A stretch of DNA of 62,738 bases, the filler included, from Asterionella formosa (Eukaryota): the NCBI GenBank assembly GCA_002256025.1. It is 8 parts of 8 records of this genome, joined end to end, with 100 filler letters (N's around TTAATTAATTAA, not from the genome) between each part and the next. Parts side by side here need not be neighbours in the genome. Positions count along the whole stretch, not along the records: positions 26,321 to 52,531 come from NKIB01001790.1; positions 52,632 to 54,233 come from NKIB01001791.1; positions 54,334 to 55,935 come from NKIB01001792.1; positions 56,036 to 57,636 come from NKIB01001793.1; positions 57,737 to 59,337 come from NKIB01001794.1; positions 59,438 to 61,038 come from NKIB01001795.1; 2 more parts are not named here. One strand, 5' to 3'. A model generated the notes under the pieces. The model was not told where the DNA came from. It ran no database searches and saw only the letters and a program-made list of their open reading frames with translations. Position numbers and translations under genes: made by a program. This document shows positions 46,951 through 60,700 of the stretch, one piece after another. The stretch's first letter is position 1; the number at the start of each line of letters is the position of its first letter.

Positions 46951-47941
46951 TGGCACACTATATATACACGTACCGATATACTCCAGTAAGTGCATCCCAC
47001 CTATTCCATCCGGATTTGTTTCCAATTGTCGCGGTTTAACAGCTTAATAATAGGTGCTTGCGCTATGTATACATACACTATGCTTGGTCTGTCCTCTGAG
47101 TTGGGTGATTTTACCTGACGATTTCAGTATGTATTAGAGTACCTCGTAGTTTTCTGTGTATGTCACTACCAATAGTTTGGTTGCCAAGCAAAGCGTTACT
47201 GGACGATCCTCAAGTAAAAGCAGTTGGAGCCAATGGGTCAAATTGTGCAAGTTTATAGTTGCCATAGCTATCTTGGCTAGTAGGCTATAAAGGTCCTTTC
47301 AGTTCAAAGAATCGACTTTCAATGCTAGTACATGGTAGAGATGGAGCAATTTATTTGTTGTTTTCAATTTACTCGTGGTGCGCAACAGCAAATAAATTGG
47401 AATGCCGTAGAGCGAAAGACTTGAAAGTTATAAAATACATGGTTTCAGATGTAGCAATCATTTATTAGGTCAATGAATTTATTGAATTATATTTGAGCGC
47501 CGAGCATAGATATAGTTATTATCCAAAATTAAAAAGTCATGCAGGGTGAATTTGAAGCTGTTGCATTCTGCAATCTAATAATACCGGTATATAGCCATGG
47601 TCTATTATTATCGTTGTAGTCTAAAATGAGTGATGTTGTTTCACCCATTGAATTGAGAGAATTCAGTTTTCTTAAATTGAACTTGTCACAAAGATCAATG
47701 AAACATGGTCTATAGAGGGACGAACTCAGACAAAAAATATTTGGGGATCCATCCCAAGACAATACCTTCACATGTTGTGCCTTGTCCTCATGGTGTAATT
47801 GGGGAAAAAGTGGAATGCTCCAGTTTTCTCAATGTTGTTCTTGCAACAAATGTTTACAAAATGTTAGATTGCCTTGTCTGTCATTGTCAAAATCGATTTA
47901 ATGTTTAAAGCAATGGCTGATGGATCATCACATTACTTCTT

Positions 47942-49952
47942 TTAACCTTTCTTTGATCGATTCGAAAAAATGTCATATTGATCCGCTGCCGCCGCATGTC
48001 CCAAGAGTGTCTTTTTCTCGATCAAATAGTCTCCCTTGACAATTCCTACACTATTATCAATCACATCTCGAGGAATACTTGAATCTAGCAAGGCCCGAAC
48101 AAAACCTGGTTTTTTTGGTGGTGATGGTTCATCATCATCATCATCATCAATGTCACTACCTGGAAATAATCCACAATCCTTGACCGCTTCATGTACCACT
48201 TCTGACACATTTGTTGTTGGTGGTGGTGATGACGTTCGAAGTGTTGTTGTTATTGTTGTTGTTGCCAATTCCAAATCAAATTCATGTGGTTCAACACGTG
48301 TTCCACTATCCTTACTAGCATCATCTCGACCATCCTGATGATGCCATGGAGAAGATGACTGATGATGATAGTGTTTTCTTCCCAATCGTACTCTCATGTT
48401 GCCATTATTATTTTTGTTTGGAAAATGTTGTCCAGCCTTGATCCTTGCTGCAACAGCAGCAGGTAAGTAATCAGAATGTGGGAATACAAATGTATGGACA
48501 ATGGCTCCAACAAACATTTCAATACAAATAAGATAATCTTGCAATCCCTTGGCAACATCTTCTGATGTCCATTCTCCTTCTCCTGACGAATGATAATGAG
48601 GTATCATATCCATTTGATACACAATGGATATCATTACACTTTGCCACCATGTAAAAAAGACCAATGCCTTGACAGATAAGAATTTTCCCACAGGTCTAAT
48701 GGGAGATAATTCGTTGTGAGTGGCATAATAAAAGAAAATCATACAATAGAGTGCCCAACATTGTGATACATTGGTTAAGAAACAAATGTATACATATCCA
48801 CCCTTTATAGAAAAATCTCCCTCATGGTACAGTCCATGTAATTCCAGAACCATGACCACAATACTTATAAAAAATTTGAGTAACACATATTGTAGTACCC
48901 CAAATTTACATCGAACAAAGAATGGTGATGTCCATTGGATCGAATGTTTGGTAGAACTCGCAGTACTTGTACTAGCAGTAGTAGTAGTTGTTGCAGTTGT
49001 AGTTGTTCGTGATGGTTGTCCCATGAGCCATGGTCGGACACACCATTGGAGTCCCCACATGTGTACCCCACGTGTGGGTGATTTGTCTTTTAATAACAAT
49101 ACCAATTCCTCTTCTCCACCCAATACTTGTATTAGGAACTGTAAGAATGAATACAATACATAGGATTCATACAAATCTCTGAGTGTTTCAATGTAAATGG
49201 CATATCGATGAAATCGTAAACATAACCATGATTCCATGGAATAAATTGGTACCATCCATAGGATCCGTACAATGTACATTTGTACTTTTGGTTCATTGTA
49301 ATTGGCCAAATGCATAACAATCCCATACATGGAAATTGGGAATCCCAACAAAACAAAGGCTCCAGCTGAGAACCATGCAATTAAGTGTGGGTCGGTTCTG
49401 TGTGTGTGTAAGTGTATGTGTGTGTGTGGTGAATGAAAGTGAGAGTGAGTTTGGTTGGTTGATTGTACGTGAGTGCAGCAGAGTATGAATTTCGTCGAAC
49501 GAGTCTGTCTATGCTAGCATGACAAGCAAGCAGGCAGGCAGGCAGGCAGGCAAGCAAAGATCCCGTACGTACCCATTATTTTTCAATTCATAACTATACC
49601 ACAAGACAGCTGCGACTGTTCCCAACACGGTTGCCCAAAACAACAACCGCGCCATGACATTCATCACAGAGATCCGGTAGGTCGGTTTCGTCGATGTGGA
49701 GGATGATTTGATCCTTGTTGACGGCAACGTCGCTTTGGTAATCGCTGTCGTTGCTTTGACGTTTCGACTTCTCATCTCATGCATCATGGAGGGCGTTGCG
49801 GAGGCTTGATGATGAATGAGTGGCATCATGAGTGCAGAGGAGTCAGGATCATCATCTTCAACATCGATAGTAGTAGTAGCAGTAGCAGCAGTTGGAGGGG
49901 GCAAAGGTATCGTATCGTGGGATAATAGAGGCGCTGCTGCCGGATGATCCAT
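47942..49952 (-). CDS. TMEM184/OST-alpha family transporter; 2 exons (49952-49573, 49397-47942)
   Basis: IVRILWMVPIY, RDLYESYV, GVLQYV, KFLSVKALVFFTWWQS, LQDYLICIEM. Intron 49398-49572 contains microsatellites. Confidence 0.92.
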
Positions 49953-50565
49953 GATTGCAATGGAGGGGATTTATTCAATTGCCTCTTGCTGTTGTTTCTG
50001 AGAATGACTGCAAGCTTCTTAATGATGTTGCTGTTGCCTATTCATGACATGCACAGTAGCAGAAGTGGCAGTGGCAACGGAATGCTAGAGCGAGAACTAC
50101 CGGAAGGGGTGGGACTCAAACAAGGGGGTAAATAATTATAGGATGTTAAATATACCGTAGGTGTTTACATCAGACATCAACGTGCAAAATACGGTGGTGC
50201 GGAAGAAGCAAAAAGCAAGCGGGGAACCATGAGAAATGCGATGGCTGAAATAGCTACCTATGAAGCAGCACATGAAATTCGTGATGGCCGTTGCTCCGAT
50301 CATCATTCCGGTATATACCGGTAGTATTGGTGGTACCAGGTACCTGGTATCACTTGGTAGCTCCATTTACAAGGGAGCCAGTCTACCTACCAGTGCTCCG
50401 TACAGGTTTACGTCAATGACATCATGACTGCTGAAGGCAATACACGCCCGAGGTGGTCTCATGCCTCCGAGTATACATGTGTTCTAGGCTGGGTGGCGCG
50501 AGTAGGTTGACCATTCGAGTGGCGCCCCCGGCGCTGCGAGAAGATTACGACTATGCAGACTCCTC

Positions 50566-52521
50566 CCGAGTAGGGTAATACCTAGGCAATTCCCGTTCCA
50601 GCTATCGTCTTGCCATTCGGGTACTTCTAAGTAACTTTTGGTCTCTAAGTAATTTTTATTTAAGGGCAATATGGGGCACATCGAATCTTTCGGCAATAAA
50701 AGTGCCGATTTTGACATGACAACCAGAAAAACGGTAATATGCATACCGTAGAGATGGTACAACAAGCGTAAAACACACGAGAATGATTGTAACATGCAAG
50801 ATCAACGAAAATTGAACATGATGTTTGGAGCAACCAAAGTATGAAATGCGATGTAATAAGTAGCATCAAATGAGAAATAGAAAAAATTGCTTTGGGTTAG
50901 AAATGAAATAAAAAATAAGAGTTCCAATGGAGACATATGCATTGTGAATCATTGTAGTACTTACACACCAGGCAACATTGACTTTCCATCACCACACAAT
51001 CGAAGACCGAAATAAGAAGGGAAAAGCTGAACCCAATCTTGACCTACATTGTTATGTAGCGTAAATGGTCTGGTTTCTGCAACCATGCACATCGCTGTAG
51101 TAGCCTGACACCAGTAGCAGTATTTCCGCCACAGTCATTCCTCTCCGCTGCCCACCAAACAAGCAACCCTGATCATTCTATTCTGAGCAAGCGTGATGGC
51201 CACGCTGCTCCAGAACTATTGACTCTCTCTAGCTGAGTATTCATCATCTAGCTTCTGATATGAACTCATAGTAGAATTGTAGCAAAGCGCGTTAGTACAA
51301 GAAATGCATTGCTTGGCGGCAATATTGACATCATTGTCAACGACTATACAAATCAACAAATACGATCAACAACGGCACAATACCACATCTTCAATGAGTA
51401 GTCATTGATAAATGCATTGGTTCTCATGTAGATATGTACAATCGAAACAAAACGACAGTGCATAACGACAAACAACGATGGAAGCGATCAAAACAAACCA
51501 CGGAAGCAATCAAATCGGAAAGTCGATAAATACGATCTACAATCCACATTCAGTATTTCACTGTTGTACTCACCGATCCGCTTCAACTAGCATAACAAGC
51601 AGCAGACGATGGGATCAAAGAAAGACGAACGTTGCCTATTGCAAGCCCGAATAGAGCAAAGGCAGGCAAGATAGAGGACGAAATTGGGCATACGGTACGT
51701 AAAATCAATGAAAATGTGAACGATACAATTTAACATTTTAGGTCTCGTAAAAATAATAACAACTCTACAGAGATAATATCATAACGTGTTCAAAGTAAGC
51801 GCTAAAGCATACCGGTAGCTTAAACCATGCATGGTTGTTTTTAGTACCACGTACGTATGTAGACTAGATGACTGCCGGTACCTGTAGGAATATCCGTTAA
51901 GCATCATTACATACATGACCGGAGAAAAAACTTGCCACCAACATCAGATGTATCGATATCATCGTTCGTCCGACGAAATATGGACGATGCGACTACATGA
52001 ATACCTCGAGAAGACAAGCAATCCAACAATCAACCGCATCCGTTAGGCAAAGAATCGCTAATGGCGTCATCGCGGAACTGATTTCGCTTCAAACCGGTCA
52101 TGATGGACGACGATTGGCATGGTGAAAGGTGAATTGCCGGAGTCCACTTTTCAGGAGACAAACAAAAACGAGGTGAATTGTAGATATAAATTATTAGAAT
52201 CTGATTAGTATATAAAATGGTTTCCTTAAGTAGACCCCTTGCCGATTTCGGCAATCCCAGGGCTGGAAAACCGAGGGGCAATTGGTGTCTGTTGTCTTGC
52301 CAAAATGCGAACATATGAAATATCTAAAATATATTTTAATGATGGGCAATATCGGACCTTTGGCAATTTTCGAGGTGAAGATAGGAAATATACAAAATAT
52401 ATTTTATATGATGGGCAATAGTAGGCTAAAATTGACATTTATGCTAAATTTGTGGGCAGTAGGTAAGCGAATGACGCGACGATAGCTAGAGCGGGAATTG
52501 CCTCAACAATACCCTTCTCGG
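50566..52521. mobile_element. About 1.96-kb non-autonomous TIR element
   Basis: 50566-50609 and the reverse complement of 52478-52521 match at 36/44, with similarity extending further inward. Subterminal GGCAAT repeats. No transposase recognised. Confidence 0.65.
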
Positions 52522-52631
52522 CGGCTACTTGNNNNNNNNNNNNNNNNNNNNNNNNNNNNNNNNNNNNNNNNNNNNTTAATTAATTAANNNNNNNNNNNNN
52601 NNNNNNNNNNNNNNNNNNNNNNNNNNNNNNN

Positions 52632-53068
52632 AGCGGTATAAATCCCCTTGGGAGGAGCATGGATATCGGATTCTGGAATAGGGGCTCCCGATGGTGGAAT
52701 GGGCGACCTTGTTGGTGGGGTAGGCAATCTTGATGATGGACTAGGCGCTTTTGTTGGCGGAGTAGGCGCTTTCGTTGAATAAACAAGCACTTGTGTCCGA
52801 ACAGGGGCTCTTGCTGGTGGAACTGTGTTTTTTGTTGATGGAGTAGGGCGTTTCGTCTGTTAGGAAGCAAATGGAATATTGTTAGCGACGCGTATTTTCT
52901 TCCATGGCAACAATATTCATCACCACGTACCGCGCCGAACCTGAACCCCTTGTATCTGTAATCAGTCAAGAGAACTCGATCATTGACGCTCTCAAGATTG
53001 GGCAGAGTGTTCGAAGCAAAGGCAGATTGGACTGCTGCAAGGATGAGAAGGGAACGAATAGAATTCAT
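52632..53068 (-). CDS. Secreted Pro/Thr/Ser-rich protein, 3'-truncated; exons 53068-52931 and 52856-contig end
   Basis: Signal peptide, RVL, and intron 52857-52930 (gtacgt...ctaac...cag) leading to TKRPTPS...TKAPTPPTKAPSP repeats. Confidence 0.75.
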
Positions 53069-54434
53069 GATGATATTTCAAAGGATTGGATGAATTATGA
53101 CTGCTGCAAGGAACGAGCGAAGTTACATGATATTTCCATACATTTTGATTTGATCGAGTTTTACGATGACCACATTTCCAACATCATACCAAATATTATG
53201 GAGATATTCATTTCACCAATTTATATGGCCGCGGTTATATGTTTCATATAAATATCTTTTAAATACTTTTTGTCTTATCATCGGAGTCACAGATTCATAT
53301 GGGCTACACGTATTGTTTTAGGTGTTTTCCCAGTAGTTACTTCTACCCCATTAAAATATATATCCACATAAATGTTTTATTTCACAATATGTATACATGA
53401 GATGACCCAACTGCTCCTTCTTTGTTTATTGATATTCTCAATTATACGACCAGCCACCATCAGGGACAGATGTGCTTGTACACACGGAACTGAAATTTTG
53501 ATACACGTTTCAAAATTCGCCGGAAAAACGTTAAGGCGTTATACGCAAACGTCCTTTGGGATGGACCGGCGGGGTAAAATGCATTCACGCCGGCCTTCCC
53601 ATCGAGGAAACGTTTAACTTAAAGCAGGAAACTGACATCTTGCTTAAACTTAAGCAGCGAACGTGAATCTTGTATCAGGGTTAGGGGATAACTTTTTTCC
53701 TCCTTCCGAGCTAATGCAACGACGGTGTTCAGAAGTAGAATTCTCCCGGAATACCCAGATGTACTTATCAGCCCATCGACTCTGTGACGTAGGACAACAA
53801 AAATATATGTAATGAGTTGCATTTCAGTTTTACCGGTCACTTCGACATTTACGATGATGAGATATGAGCAGCCAACATACAATGAAATCTGCACACGTGT
53901 GAACCACAGGACGGAATCCAGAATCCGTTCGTATGCCATACTTGATGTCGAAATAGAGCAACAAATTATAAAATACACAATGCATGTTTGAAATCGTGCA
54001 TGGATCTGTACGGTTCAACCGGTATACTGCTACACTCCATGCACAACATGACTACAGGTAGCATTTTGAGTTAGCAGCAGTACCAATATCTCACATCATG
54101 ACAATCAATGGTAATTCAGATCGAAAATTTTTGGCTTGCTAAGATTTAACTTGCTACAAATAGTTCAAAAAGTGCAAATTTACTGTTTTGATTTGCTTGG
54201 CAATTAGGTCATCATGAAATACAAGACAACTTGNNNNNNNNNNNNNNNNNNNNNNNNNNNNNNNNNNNNNNNNNNNNTTAATTAATTAANNNNNNNNNNN
54301 NNNNNNNNNNNNNNNNNNNNNNNNNNNNNNNNNTCGTTGTCATGGCAGTTCGAGATTCGATTTGCTCACTAGTCAACCAAATCATTTGACCCATCAACCA
54401 TAAACCTAGTCGAGGGGCAACACGACCTAGAACA

Positions 54435-55935
54435 ATGAAGGAGAAGAAAGGATGGAACGAAAGATCGTTCGCTCATCATCGGGCTCCGCCTTCCATTCAA
54501 TCCTTGCTGTCGGAAGTATACGCCTTCGAATTATCCCTCAAGAATGATCCTGACGATCAAAAACAAATTTCAGAAAGATCCTCCATGTCCTACCTCAATC
54601 ATGGCAGTTTTGGAGACCCATATCCGTCGACTCTCAAGCTTCGTCAATTCTACACGGACCTCTGCTATCGAAACCCCATGGTCTATCATCGCTCGCTAGT
54701 CCCCATTTTGGTACAACGCTCGAAAGCGAGACTATGCGACTATTTGAAAATATTTAAACAACGAGATGGCGTTGTGTTCGCTCCCATATCTTCATCGCTC
54801 TTTCAGGTATTGGCGTCAGTAAACCTTCGAGAAGGCGACGTCATTTTAACGACGGATACAATCTACCACTCTCTGGTCGATGCAATTTCTCACCTTGTTG
54901 CTGAAAAGCAATTGCGTTGGGTAAAAGTAGAAACTTCCATTGGGAGCAATTCACATGAAATCTTTTACAACTTTCAAGCAGCTGTAAAGCGGGAAGTCGC
55001 CGCTGGAAATACAATCAAACTAGCAGTGTTTGATCACATTTCCTCCAAACCAACTGTTTTGTATCCAATCAATAGCATATGTCAGATGTGTCATGAACTG
55101 CATATTCCAACCTTGGTGGATGGAGCACATGTTCCTGGCGCTTTGCCATCACATGCCATCTTAGTGGAAGATACTATGGCAACCTTCTATGCGTTCACGC
55201 TGCACAAATGGATCAATGTACCCCGTGGCGGTGCATCGGGTGGACTTTGGGTCAATAAAAAGGACATTCAATCAAGATATTCATCGTTTATTGACATGTC
55301 GAAGCTCGTGATACAAGGGGGTTGGGTAGAAGACAATTGTGAAACCACAAACATGTATCTGGACGCATCCAAACCGGGGTACTTGACTGACCATTTGACG
55401 CAAGGCATTTATGATGAAAGCACACGTGAGTACGAAAATATTCTGGTGTTACCACATTGTCTCGAACTTGTCCTTGAGAATGAAGCACAATTTCAAAAGC
55501 ATGCAGGCGCTCTAAAGGAGTATGCAGTATCCAGTCTTGCCGTAGCATGGGCTTTGCCGTACAACGAAGTGCATCGATGGGACACAACAACTTGTGAGTT
55601 CGGCGGATCAGTAGTTGTTCCAATGTTAGCAATCCCACTTCCAACCTCCAAGATTTTGGCAGCAGCACGATTTACTGTAAGTGATCTTGTGATCTCACAA
55701 CAGCTCAAGCAACTCAAACATCATCTCGTGTTGAAACTGTGGACTGAATACTCAATTGAAGTGCCCATTTTTGTATGGAAAGATCAAATCCTTGGGGTTA
55801 GGATTAGCTTTGGCCGACATGTAGTGGTTGACGACATTCGACGCCTTGGGGATGCGGTTAATCGAATAATAGAACAAGGGCTTTCGCTTTATCGTAAACA
55901 TGTATTTTCTATTTCCAGCAAATCTCTCATGATAC
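54435..55935 (+). CDS. Class-V PLP-dependent enzyme (isopenicillin N epimerase / cysteine desulfhydrase / Egt2-like); no stop seen before the contig end
   Basis: YLNHGSFG, FDHISS, LVDGAH, FTLHKW (PLP lysine), YSIEVP. Confidence 0.85.
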
Positions 55936-56224
55936 NNNNNNNNNNNNNNNNNNNNNNNNNNNNNNNNNNNNNNNNNNNNTTAATTAATTAANNNNNNNNN
56001 NNNNNNNNNNNNNNNNNNNNNNNNNNNNNNNNNNNTAAATAGTCAAATCTCGCACACAAATTTTTAGAGAAAAGAAATGGAGCTAGATTGCAGTTACGTG
56101 TGTTTTGTTCTTAATTTATGTAGCAGCCGCATAGAAACCTTATTCTTATGCAGCTAGTAAGATAAGGGAAGAGGATCGGTGTTGGGAAAGGCGTCAAATC
56201 TAGATCGTTTGTTCTGGACAGACA

Positions 56225-57260
56225 ATATCTATGAAAAGCTTTTGAAAAATGATTATTTTGGGGAAAACCCGATTCAGGAGGCGCTTCCGGATGAGCCGTA
56301 CATTGTTTGAGAAGATTCTCGATTATTTGGTTGCTTCTGATGCATACTCTGCTCAGAAGAAGGATGCATTGGGTTGCTTTGTTGGGATTTTCGCTCAACC
56401 AAAAACTTACCTTGACACTTCACATGTCAGCTTATGGATTGTTGGCAGGTCAGTTGGACGATTTAACAAGGATGGCAGAATCAACAACACCCAGCAATCT
56501 GCAACACTGCTGTAATGCACTAATCAACAGATACAGGAATAAGTATCTTAGAGCTCCAACCAAAGAGGGCGGACCTTGAAATTATTTTACATTTGCATGA
56601 AGGAGAGGGCTGGCCAGGGCTTCTTGTTTCAGTGGACTTTGTGCATTGAGAGTGAAAAGTTGTACCAAGGCACACAGAGGAACATTTCAAAAAAAGAAGG
56701 AGTGGCGACTATTGCTTTGAAAGCTGCTGTTGATGTAGACTTCGGTTCTAGCATACATGGCTTGGAATGTGAGGTGCAAAAACGATCTAAATATTTTGAT
56801 TGTTCTCTGTTTTTCCATGATTTGGTTGTCAGCTGGAAGGACTCCAAAACTAACCTTTAAAATCAAACCAGTCCCAGTGATTGCGTCTTCACTTGCTGCT
56901 ACCCAGGCCCAATAGAGCGCCTTGTCCTTGTGCTTGTACTTCTACCACATGACACCAGAGCCCATCCTGATACTTATTATTATGTTGACTCAGTATGTGT
57001 ATACACCAAGCCGACATTGGTCTCATGAGTTCCATATGTACTGTATTAATTATGTATGCACTAATTAAACCATAGATGTTCTGGTGCCGGCACCAGCCAC
57101 AATCTAAACCAATAGAACTGCTTCTTTTATTTGGCTATGGTTGGAGTGAAATCAACCAAATACCTGATATTTGGTTGATAAGGGGGTCACTCTCAACCAA
57201 GGCCAAAGCAAATTGGTCTTGGTCAATTCTGTGGCTAAAATATTATTGCTTTTTCGAACA
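56225..57260 (+). mobile_element. Degenerate PIF/Harbinger element: transposase on + and Myb/SANT-like ORF remnant on -
   Basis: FRRRFRMSRTLFEKI...QKKDALG / QKLT...AYG...DDLTRMAEST...YLRAPT across frameshifts. Minus strand about 56930-56870 reads KDKALYWAWVAASEDAITGT. Confidence 0.85.
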
Positions 57261-57736
57261 AACATGACACATTGTGATGTGTAATGACTCCCAACTGCAC
57301 TTGGTCAATGTAGTGGCAATGCTCTGAGTATAGACTTACATATGTATACACTTCACTTTGTGGCTAAGACAATCACCTTTGGAGAAAGATGCTTGGGGAC
57401 TCACCTATGCTTACAAAACTAGGGAAGCACAAGGTCTTCTGGGCTGGACATGCTTTGAAATTCCATGTGTAGCCACAAGATTTTAGAAAGTGGGATACAA
57501 ACAGAACAAGTGATATTCAATTTTTAGTCTGCATAGCCAACAGATTTACTAAAGTTTTGGAGTAATGTGTATCTTGTTAACCTGTTTATAAAACAAGTTC
57601 TAACCGGTATACTGTAGCTATTATATATTGCCTGAANNNNNNNNNNNNNNNNNNNNNNNNNNNNNNNNNNNNNNNNNNNNTTAATTAATTAANNNNNNNN
57701 NNNNNNNNNNNNNNNNNNNNNNNNNNNNNNNNNNNN

Positions 57737-60700
57737 AAAACTTACCGGTTCATTTTTGTCATCTTAACTTTGAGAGAAGGTAAACGTTTTGTCAGTTTTG
57801 TTCCAACAGAAGTGAATAGGTCCAACGAGCGACAAGAGCACTTACGCAATTTGGTTTTGTTTTGTTTTACATTGGTGCTCCCCAACAAGCGAAACGAGCT
57901 GTTGAATCAACTGAGAAAAAAGGAAATGTGGCTGCGTTTAGTTAACAATTTGTTGTTGTGCTGCCTGTCTCCCAACGATTGTCATCCAAGTACCACATTG
58001 ATGGCTTCATTACCTTAAACATTCTCCATCCTTCGAAGGCGCAATGTGTCGAAGTCACAATGTTTTTAGTTATGTATTGCGAAAACTTATTTTTCTTGTC
58101 ATGTGCTTTACTACGACGTATCTTTTCATGAAGCAGCAGGCATTGTTTGTTAACATGACAGAACGATTTCAAAAATATATATGCCATGTATATAGTAATA
58201 AAATTTGTAAATATATATATATATTAAGCCTTATACATTTATAAAATTCAAAGGCGCTCTCGATATGGAACATCTGATATGGTTGAGATGATCATACTCG
58301 CATATAAATAATTCGAAAATACTCAATGCACTATATGTCCATTGTTTTCCACGACTACGTGTACCTTGTAAGTCATAACCGCCAGGGTTATGGTGGCAAA
58401 TTGTTTAAGCCCCCTTTTTGGTTGGGAGCTCTTCATGTGTACCGGTACATCATATGACAATAACAATATATCATATATATATACAGAGTACCAGTAGCAG
58501 GTAGTAAGTGATATACTGGGGGTAGTCGGAGTAGTAAACTAGCAACAGAACACCATATGTTCAGGACTGTTGCTAATGCAGTGGGACAGTAAATCATAAT
58601 AGTTTTAGGATCATATGATCGTAAAACTAAAACCAAAAAGAACACCATATGTTCAGGACTGTTGCTACTGCAGTGGGACAATAAATCATCATAGTTTTAG
58701 GATCATATGATCGTAAAATTAAAACCAAATAGAACATCATATGTTCAGGACTGTTGCTACTGCCGTGGGACAGTAAATCATCATAGTTTTAGGATTGTAT
58801 GATCGTAAAACTAAGTTAAGTTAACACGTCGTTTGTTAAAACAACAAAATCATTGTGATCTGCTACTAGTGACAGCACTTCTAAGTACTATTGGAGACAA
58901 TCAATGCTCGTGATGTGTTGATTCACGGCATACCTACCCGGTAGTTATCATAATATTGCTTTTATGAATTTAACTGGCGCGATAATTAGCCAGGCTGACG
59001 AGTTACTACCGGTACCTGGTACCAGGTAGTACGTCTACATCTTTTATCAGCACCTTTAAGTAGCACCTACGGTTATGGTGGTACTATGTTTTTCCCTATT
59101 ATTTTCTGTCGCAGCTCTGTAGAGAGGCTGTGAAAGTCAAAGCGCTGCCCCCCCCCCTCTATTATACCGGAAAAATTTGGTACATAACCCATTATCGTGA
59201 CTTGCAACGACCCGCGACAGGGTGGCTGTGGTTATGGAGCAGGGGGTAGAACGCCACAACATGACGAAGTCCCAAGGATCATGAATGGGAAGAAAACTTT
59301 GCTGCATTCTGGTGGTACCATTGGACTTGGGAAACAGNNNNNNNNNNNNNNNNNNNNNNNNNNNNNNNNNNNNNNNNNNNNTTAATTAATTAANNNNNNN
59401 NNNNNNNNNNNNNNNNNNNNNNNNNNNNNNNNNNNNNAAAACTTACCGGTTCATTTTTGTCATCTTAACTTTGAGAGAAGGTAAACGTTTTGTCAGTTTT
59501 GTTCCAACAGAAGTGAATAGGTCCAACGAGCGACAAGAGCACTTACGCAATTTGGTTTTGTTTTGTTTTACATTGGTGCTCCCCAACAAACGAAACGAGC
59601 TGTTGAATCAACTGAGAAAAAAGGAAATGTGGCTGCGTTTAGTTAACAATTTGTTGTTGTCCTGCCTGCCTCCCAACGATTGTCATCCAAGTACCACATT
59701 GATGGCTTCATTACCTTAAACATTCTCCATCCTTCGAAGGCGCAATGTGTCGAAGTCACAATGTTTTTCGTTATGTATTGCGAAAACTTTCTTTTCTTGT
59801 CATGTGCTTTACTACGACGTATCTTTTCATGAAGCAGCAGGCATTGTTTGTTAACATGACAGAACGATTTCAAAAATATATATGCCATGAATATAGTAAT
59901 AAAATTTGTAAATATATATATATATTAAGCCTTATACATTTATAAAATTCAAATGCGCTCTCGATATGGAACATCTGATATGGTTGAGATGATCATACTC
60001 GCATATAAATAATTCGAAAATACTCAATGCACTATATGTCCATTGTTTTCCACGACTACGTGTACCGTGTAAGTCATAACCGCCAGGGTTATGGTGGCAA
60101 ATTGTTTAAGCCCCCTTTTTGGTTGGGAGCTCTTCATGTGTACCGGTACATCATATGACAATAGCAATATATCATATATATATACAGAGTACCAGTAGCA
60201 GGTAGTAAGTGATATACTGGGGGTAGTCGGAGTAGTAAACTAGCAACAGAACACCATATGTTCAGGACTGTTGCTAATGCAGTGGGACAGTAAATCATAA
60301 TAGTTTTAGGATCATATGATCGTAAAACTAAAACCAAAAAGAACACCATATGTTCAGGACTGTTGCTACTGCAGTGGGACAATAAATCATCATAGTTTTA
60401 GGATCATATGATCGTAAAATTAAAACCAAATAGAACATCATATGTTCAGGACTGTTGCTACTGCCGTGGGACAGTAAATCATCATAGTTTTAGGATTGTA
60501 TGATCGTAAAACTAAGTTAAGTTAACACGTCGTTTGTTAAAACAACAAAATCATTGTGATCTGCTACTAGTGACAGCACTTCTAAGTACTATTGGAGACA
60601 ATCAATGCTCGTGATGTGTTGATTCACGGCATACCTACCCGGTAGTTATCATAATATTGCTTTTATGAATTTAACTGGCGCGATAATTAGCCAGGCTGAC

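Noticed and set aside
50487..50532. tRNA-like segment (A-box-like TGGCGCGAGTAGG and a TTCGAG loop)
   Set aside because: Too short, with no anticodon arm and no canonical GGTTCRA T-arm.
58547..58814. Possible CRISPR array
   Set aside because: No unique spacers, the unit is 92 nt, no cas genes are present, and the context is eukaryotic.
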